DNA of 64,000 bases, from positions 1-64,000 of the forward strand of contig MCFH01000047.1 in NCBI GenBank assembly GCA_002104945.1, written 5' to 3'. This DNA comes from Piromyces finnis finn. Taxonomy: Eukaryota > Fungi > Neocallimastigomycota. The notes under the pieces are model-generated. The model did no database searches. It saw nothing but the letters and a program-made list of their open reading frames with translations, and had not been told where the DNA came from. A program made the translations under genes and the position numbers. Every line of letters starts with the position of its first letter. The stretch's first letter is position 1. Shown here piece after piece: positions 56,672 to 64,000 of the stretch.

Positions 56672-57247
56672 ATAGATATCAATACTCAATATATTTTGTT
56701 CCCACATTTATAGATTAACCTATTCATTAGAAAAAGACCATCAATCTGTTTTAAAGGTTGATATTTCACCATTCAAATCAAAATTAGATATACTAAAAAG
56801 ATTGTTACCATTCCATCTCTATCAGTATATTGATGATAACTATGATTTTAAAAAAGATTTCGAAGAATTAGATAAAAAAGGTAAAATATTCATAATGGAG
56901 ATTTAAGAATAAAAATAATAAAGAAAATAATATATTAAAATAAATCTTTTTATAAAAAATTTTAGGAGACATTTATATTCAAAAATCTGAAGAATTGAAA
57001 GCACGCTATATTGATACTTTGAAAAGACAAGCAAAAGTATAAAAACATTATAAATTATAATACAAAATATAAAAAGATATTATTTTAAAATATATAATTT
57101 TTTTTTATATTATAAAAATAGGAAAAGGTAGAACTTCCATTATTATTATTAAGCGAAAAGTTACAAAATGAAAGTTATGAAGAAGAAATTAAAGAAAGAA
57201 AAAAGATTATTGAGGAATATAATTTACAAAAAGAAAAAAGAAATTGA
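51263..57247 (+). CDS. Very large Asn/Ser-rich low-complexity protein with C-terminal GLTSCR1 (BICRA/GBAF-type) domain; multi-exon
   Basis: Exons 51263-52182 and 52283-about 56564, then short exons. Spliced C-terminal part EKDHQSVLKVDISPFKSKLDILKRLLPFHLYQY fits the DQ..V..PD..PF.S..D...RLLPYH signature. Last exon 57122-57247. Confidence 0.72.
56591..56673. repeat. (TAAA)n tetranucleotide microsatellite in an intron
   Basis: Directly visible; explains the YLFI-repeat ORF 56507-56707. Confidence 0.9.
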
Positions 57248-57361
57248 AAAAAAGAATTAAATGATATCAACTGTGAATCAAATGTAAATAAATAATAATG
57301 GATTGAATTTATCTCATAATAGGAATAAATAAGATAAAGAAATAAAATATATATATATATA

Positions 57362-57392
<31 letters not shown>

Positions 57393-57801
57393 TACTATTT
57401 TAGATTTCATTTCTCTTATATTATTGTGCAAAAACTGTTTTTAATAACAAGCTTATAAAATTATCATTTTTATTATTTTTGTATTATATAAATATATATT
57501 AAATATTATAACAATAAAAAAAAAAAAAAAAAAGTTATAAAATTTTTATAGTATTTATTCATTTAATTATTTATTTATTATTTTAATAATAATTAAAAAA
57601 TATTTTATTTATTTTACTATTGATTTTGTCTTTCTTTTAAATTTTTTTTTTTTTTTTTTTGAAAAGTTCCTTATTTTTTCGAAAAGAAATGTTTTTGTAT
57701 TAAACATGGGAGGATAATAAAAGCAAATTAGTCATTGAAAAATAAGCTCTACTTTATTTATTTATTTATTTTTTTTGTTTATTATTTATTTATTATTAAT
57801 A

Positions 57802-60800
57802 TTATTTAATTCCAAAACCTTCACTATAATATATAGCTTTTTCAAGTTTATCGGCTAAAGCTTCTTTTGATTCATAATTAAATAAAAGAATTTCATTAAA
57901 ACATGTATGTGTTTGTGGTAGATATTCTTTGCCTATTATATCCTCATAGTATGTAATTTGAAATTTCATATCCTTTAAAAAGGAATATAAAAATAAATTT
58001 AATTTGTTAAGACAAAATAAACTAGTGTAGAATTGAATTTTTAAATAGAATTTTACCTCTATACCAGTAGGACAAATACGATCTGAACCTGTAACAAAAA
58101 TCATTAACTTTTTTTTCATTTGTTCATCGTATTTACTAACAATTTCCCAGAACCATTGAACTGCTCTTGTATTTGCATCACATCTAAAAATTACAAAATT
58201 TTATTTTAATTATTTTTTTTTTTTTTTAATTTTATTTTTCATTTAAAATTATAATATATATTACTTTTTATAAACTGTAATTCCTCTAAGACGGTCTATA
58301 TCAATATCTTCTTCTCCAAGAATCATACTCTTTTTTTTTTAAAAAAAAAAAATTTAATAAATTAAATTTATAATAAAAAATATATAAAACTATAATTTAC
58401 TTGAATCTCTTCTGGTCTACACAATGATAAAAAGTTCCCTGAGCACAATAAATTAAAGCCTTCTCTAAAAGCCTTTATTTTAAATTAATATTAGATACAG
58501 TATATATATGATTAAAGAATTATTAAATTTTAATATATACCATTTCTAATGATAAAAAAACTTTTTTCTTTAGTTTTTAATTTATAACTTACCTCGAATT
58601 TCTTTTGTACGGATTCTATAAAGAACCAATAGAGATAGCGATCAACAAAATCCTTTCTATTTTCTTTATTAACATAAATATCTTGACCTTTTTCAATTAA
58701 TGGCACCTGTACAACCTTACCAAATTCAGAATATGTTGCCATAAAATTCATACAAAATACATCTTCCATATTTTCACCCTCATATTTTAAAATTTCATCA
58801 AAACTATGGGCTACTTGAGGATGTATTTCTCTTAAATCCTCTAAATTACAAGTATAATTAAGAAGGCGTTTATAACAAGCTAGTGGTAACCGGATATCTA
58901 AAATAATACCATTATAAATTGCTAAACCAATGATAATACCTAAAAGTTTATATTGACTTTCATTTTCAAATGATATTGGACTAAACCAACATAAGTTGGT
59001 AGTTTCATCAAACTTAAACATACCATATTTTGGTTCAAACAACTCTTTCACTAAAAGAAATAGCCACTCCTTTCTTAAACCACCAGCATCAACTCCATCT
59101 TCACCAATAAATTTAACATTTAATCTTTTTTTCATATCTACACCATTTTTTAATGCAAGTTGAATTTGATCCAATGAATCTTCTATTAAATGATCTCTTC
59201 TAATTTGTATACTGAAATATGGATTTACAGGTGTTGTTCCTGAAATATTATTACGTAAAATTGATGTTAAATATTGATTTGTTTCCATCTTCAAAATCTA
59301 ATGGTAAAAAGCATATATATAAAATAATACAATAATAATTATTATTTTAATATATTATATTTAAGTTTTAATTTATTTCTATATTAAATATATATATATA
59401 TATTACATTAATCTTTTGTCCTAATGAAATTAAACATGGATATTGACAAAAAGAAAAACATCTATTTAAATATATTATATTAAAAACCTTTTAATTAAAG
59501 ATTGCTGAATCTCTTTATAATATCAAATATTATAATAATAATACTTACGGTTGAACATTCTGCCAATTATTATAATCACCAGTAATATCAATTAAATCAA
59601 CTGCCATATTATAAAATTCGGATATAGGTATACTAGGTTTACGTATATTGTTAGCGGCATCTTTAATATATTAAGAAAATTGGAAAATAATAAAATAACA
59701 ATGAATACTTTTTTCAAATATCACAAAAACAAAATTTTGTTTTGTATCAATAAAAAAATATTACGAAGTAAAGCCATAATTCTAGAAGCAGCTTTTATTG
59801 ACCAGTCATTTGGATAGATCTTATACATATCTTCAAATTCCATTAAACGGTAGGATATAAAATGGTTTACTAATTCAATTTTCTTTTTAAAATCTTCTTC
59901 TGAAAGGCTATTTTAATTATTATTGTTATTATTATTTATATTAATTTTATATTATTGAAATAATAAATAATTATATATTAAATAATTCTTAAACTTTACT
60001 TTGCAAACACTCCAACCATATATTTATGTAAATTATTTGATAAACACGATATTATTCCGAATAGTCTTTTTAATATTTCATGATTTCTAAGTTTTTCATC
60101 TTTTGTACCATTATGGAATAAAAATGGACACTTTTAATTTAGTTTTGTTAATTATTATTATTAATAATTATATATAAATTTAAAAAATATATATATTATG
60201 ATAGTAAATTAATACATTATATTTATATAATGTTAAAACTTTATGAAATAATAAAAAAAGGACAAAACTATATATATATATAAAAGCATATACTTTATAA
60301 TAATCTTACTTCAAATATTATAAGAAGAAAACGAACATCACTATTAACAGTAAGTTTTCTTCCCGGTCTTTTTAATAATGTTATTAAACCATTCATTACT
60401 TCTGATTCAACTGAACTACACTATAATTTATTTAATGTTTATATATGTATATGTTAAATCGATAATATTAATTAAATAATAAATTTTATTGAAGATTTTA
60501 TGCATTTTTAAAATAATATCTTACTAAGTATCCAATAAATTCATATGTATTCAACAATTCTTCATAATTAATTGCATTTGGGTCATCATCTCCTGGTTTC
60601 TGTACATTTTGATAATATATAATTATTGAATATATAAATATATATATATAAGTATATATTGCTTATTTTGTATTATTCACAAATTTCAAAATACATAGAA
60701 ATTTATTAACCTTGAATGCTTCATTTAAATTACAAAATCTAGAAAAGTAGCAATTTATATATTCTAGAAATATATTAATATTTCCCATTTCATTTAACAT

Positions 60801-61202
60801 TCTTAATGTATCTAAAGAAAGAATTGCATCTTATTTTATTGTAAAATTTTATAAATATATATATTAATTGTTAATTATTAAACAATAAAAAAAAAAAAAA
60901 ATACATATAAAAAATATAGCTATTAGCAATATTATATTATTTATAATTATTTATACAATTAAATTTTTTACTTTCTTCCTTTATTTGGGATAGCGGATTA
61001 ATATCGTTAATAGTCTCACAAACTGTACATCTAAAGCAATTAACATCTAATGGATATTGTAGAAGACTATCACAACAAAAACATCTTCCCTTTTTCTATA
61101 TGCGATATTTTTTTTAATATAATATGTTTTAAAATTCATTTTAAAATTATAAATTAAAAATAATAAAATATTTTCTTCTCATGTTACCATTGATGTTGAC
61201 AT
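57802..61202 (-). CDS. HECT E3 ubiquitin ligase, Hul4-like, multi-exon
   Basis: 15-nt first exon MSTSM, then N-terminal Cys motif GRCFCCDSLLQYPLDVNCFRCTVCETIND. HECT motifs RRDHLIEDSL, VKFIGEDGVDAGGLRKEW, FVTGSDRICP and LPQTHTCFN (catalytic Cys), ending EGFGIK*. Confidence 0.92.
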
Positions 61203-62317
61203 TTTTAATATATTCAAAAATGACCTTTATATATATGGTGGCTTTTTGATAATATACTTAATTTATATTTCCCCTTTTTTATCTATTTTTTTTTTTTCAT
61301 ATTTAGATATTTAATTATTCAAAAAAATTATTAATATTTATAAATTTGCTATTTTTTATATTCATTCTAAATTTTATTTTAAATATGAAATAAAGCTAAA
61401 AGTTTAAAATTGTTCATAAAAGAAAAATAAAAAAATATATATATTATACCCAATTTCTTTTTATTATTATTTTTATTATATAATAAGTTAACCTTATTAA
61501 ATATCTATTATTTATATTATAATTGAAAAATAAAAATAAAAAATAAAAATTATTATATTTTATAAATATTTAAATGGATTTACATTTAAAATTTTGATAA
61601 TAGTGTACAAGCTTAAATAATTGGAATTTCTTTCTTAATCTTAAAATGATAAAATTATTAAATCTATTTGAAATTGAGATTTTTAAATTTTAATTTGTTT
61701 ATTGTTTATATCATACAATTTCCTTTTAATATAAAAAAAAAGTACATTTTTATCATTATTGTTATTATTGTTATCATTATTTATTATATAGATTTATTAA
61801 ATGAAACTGAGCTAAATTTAATTAACAAATTATTTATTATTTTTTACTATTCTTGAATTTTTTAATAAATATCATTAGATATACTATAATTATTTATTAT
61901 ATACTTTTAATTCTTATTCATTAAACAATGGAAATGTCAAAAACAATTAGATAAGTAATAAATATAAATTGTATTGAAATTTTAAATTTCAAAATCTTGT
62001 TGACAATTTTTATATTGACTTTATCATTAATAAAATAAACATAATATTCTTTAAAGGATACTTAGTTTATACAGTTTTAAATCATATTACCTTTAAACGA
62101 TTTTTAATTAAAAAAAAACTATTTTTCTTTCATCTATTTTATATATTATTTATCGGTTTTTTTTTTACTTGATAATTAATATATAATTAACGAAGGAGTG
62201 AAACTTCTTTAATTATATTAAATATTTAATTGTGTCATATATTAAATAAAATATTGTGTTATATTAATATTTTATAATTAATATTAAAAATTTTTTTTAT
62301 GACTTATAAGAATGGTT

Positions 62318-62794
62318 TCTGGTTCGACCCCGCAGATGTCAGTGCCTGTGGATTTTCCCACTGGGTTTGCCATGGGTTGGGTTATGATATTCAGGTAAGT
62401 ATAAATGAACTTTCTAATTTACTACTATGATAATAACACTCGTCTAGCCGGCCTGAGAGGGTCTAGTGTACATGGTACATTCCAAATTAGAACTTAATAA
62501 GTGGTGACTTAGGCTATGCCAAAAACACATAATATTCCTTAATCAATTTAAGTGTAAACATTAGGGGGCGGTTGACACGTGATCAAATTGACTATAAGAG
62601 GCTTAGCATTGTAGTTGTGAAATATCGTACAACGACATGCATCTAATGTACATGGATTAAGTGAGCGTCGAAGCTGAAGAAACAGTATGACAGACCAGGA
62701 GGGTCACAACCACCTAGCAATAGGAATGAGCCAACGTTTCTCTAAGAACCACCATTGGAGCTAACTCTGATCGATGGGAGAAATGCACTCGGAA

Positions 62795-62874
<80 letters not shown>
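62318..62874 (+). mobile_element. Non-autonomous non-LTR retroposon (candidate tRNA-derived SINE, 5'-truncated) with poly(A) tail and 14-bp TSD
   Basis: Identical ttataagaatggtt at 62304-62317 and 62875-62888. Uninterrupted poly(A) 62798-62874 (77 nt). 480-bp body markedly GC-richer than the flanks with no long ORF. B-box-like GGTTCGACCCC at its 5' end. Confidence 0.85.
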
Positions 62875-62876
<2 letters not shown>

Positions 62877-63574
62877 ATAAGAATGGTTATAATATATTTA
62901 CAAATTATATTTTAAACTTAGTATTTTGGACATTTCTATATATAAGCCATATAATTATAATAAATATATAAATGCAAAGAAGAAAAAAAAAACATATACA
63001 TAATTGATAATATTATTCATATCATCAGCATTAATGATCTAAATCAGAATTAAAGTTTTACCATATAGTGTTTGCTGATGATAATTAGAAATTATAATTT
63101 ATTATTAATATTAAATTTAAAATCTTCTTAATGTGTAACTTTTTAATCAAAATTAATTGTACTACCAATAATTATTTTTATTATCAATTATATAACCTTT
63201 TTATTATTTAATAAAAGAAATAGATAAATACTTTATAAAGATGATTACTATAATTATTATTATATTTTAATATTAACAGTTAAAAGTTATTATATGTAAT
63301 TTTTAATTTATTATATAATTTTACATCAGAAATTTAATGACATTTTTATCGATTATTCAATTTTTCATTATGGATAAATTTTTTAAATTTTATTAATAAA
63401 AAATTTATTTTAAAAATAGTATTCAAAAAATTGAAATTATATATAATATATATATATATATATTTTTCCCCTTAAACATATCCTTATAATTCTAAATAAA
63501 TTATACTTCTCAAATAAATTTGAACACTATGATACTACAAAATAAATGAATGAATATATATATTAAATAAAAAA

Positions 63575-64000
63575 ATGAATGATGAAGAAAAAAACAAAGA
63601 TACTTTTCATAGTAACATTGTAATTGATACAACTACAATTTCAGATGTTGCTACCACAAGAAAGAAATATAGAACAGGAAATAATCCTACTTCTGTCAAA
63701 GGTATTTTCATCTTTCATATCAAAATAAAATGATAGATAAATATATATTAATTAAGTGCTTATTATATCAAATATCTATACCATTATTAAAATTGTAATA
63801 TAACTTAGTTTATACAATAGCACAGGAATCAAGGTATTCACATATTCATTAATAAAACAAAAATTATTTAAAAAATAAATAAATAAATAAAAAATAGATT
63901 CTTATGTAGTTATATTTTAATAGATATTTAATAGTATCGAATGTACCGGTATTGGGAATTACAAAAGAATTGATAGAATTATTTGCTTTATATGGACCAA
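63575..64000 (+). CDS. RBM48: RBM48 (RRM protein of the activated minor spliceosome), 5' part; runs off the window
   Basis: Spliced RKKYRTGNNPTSVK|VYTIAQES|RYLIVSNVPVLGITKELIELFALYGP matches human RBM48 as recalled (RAKYREGRRPRAVKVYTINLESQYLLIQGVPAVGVMKELVERFALYGA). Splice phases are consistent. Confidence 0.85.

Noticed and set aside
62680-62700. CTGAAGA-AAC resembling a hammerhead ribozyme core in the retroposon
   Set aside because: No stem II between CUGANGA and GAAA, and no evident stems I and III.
62774-62971. 65-aa poly-Lys ORF
   Set aside because: Translation of the retroposon poly(A) tail.
63465-63490. U12-like strings (ccccttaaac followed by ATATCCTT) upstream of RBM48
   Set aside because: Branch-like motif precedes the donor-like motif (wrong order) and no matching branch point plus AC acceptor follows; likely chance.

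Overview
Extremely AT-rich, intron-rich eukaryotic DNA with long homopolymer and microsatellite tracts. It is very probably from an anaerobic gut fungus (Neocallimastigomycota), judged by a CBM35-GH26 mannanase with three fungal dockerins that closely resembles Piromyces ManA. About 18 protein-coding genes are supported: Src1/Heh1, an ankyrin-repeat protein, a PDP-like PP2C, an Lrg1-like LIM protein, a probable Sld7_C-domain protein, CSN6, an M3 oligopeptidase, a membrane-anchored PDI, SLC1 acyltransferase, ManA, a 7TM protein, Rab18, an ODF3/SHIPPO protein, MDP-1, a small membrane protein, a giant Asn/Ser-rich GLTSCR1-domain protein, a Hul4-like HECT ligase and the 5' part of RBM48. The most striking non-genic feature is a GC-richer non-coding insertion at 62318-62874. 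It has a tRNA B-box-like head, a 77-nt poly(A) tail and a perfect 14-bp target-site duplication, so it is a candidate young tRNA-derived SINE. Also notable: a decayed, internally deleted, inverted paralog of the mannanase gene; a probably organelle-targeted PP2C with altered metal-binding residues; and a minor-spliceosome factor. Exon models were read by hand from GT-AG sites and reading-frame continuity. Family assignments come from recalled motifs, not database searches.
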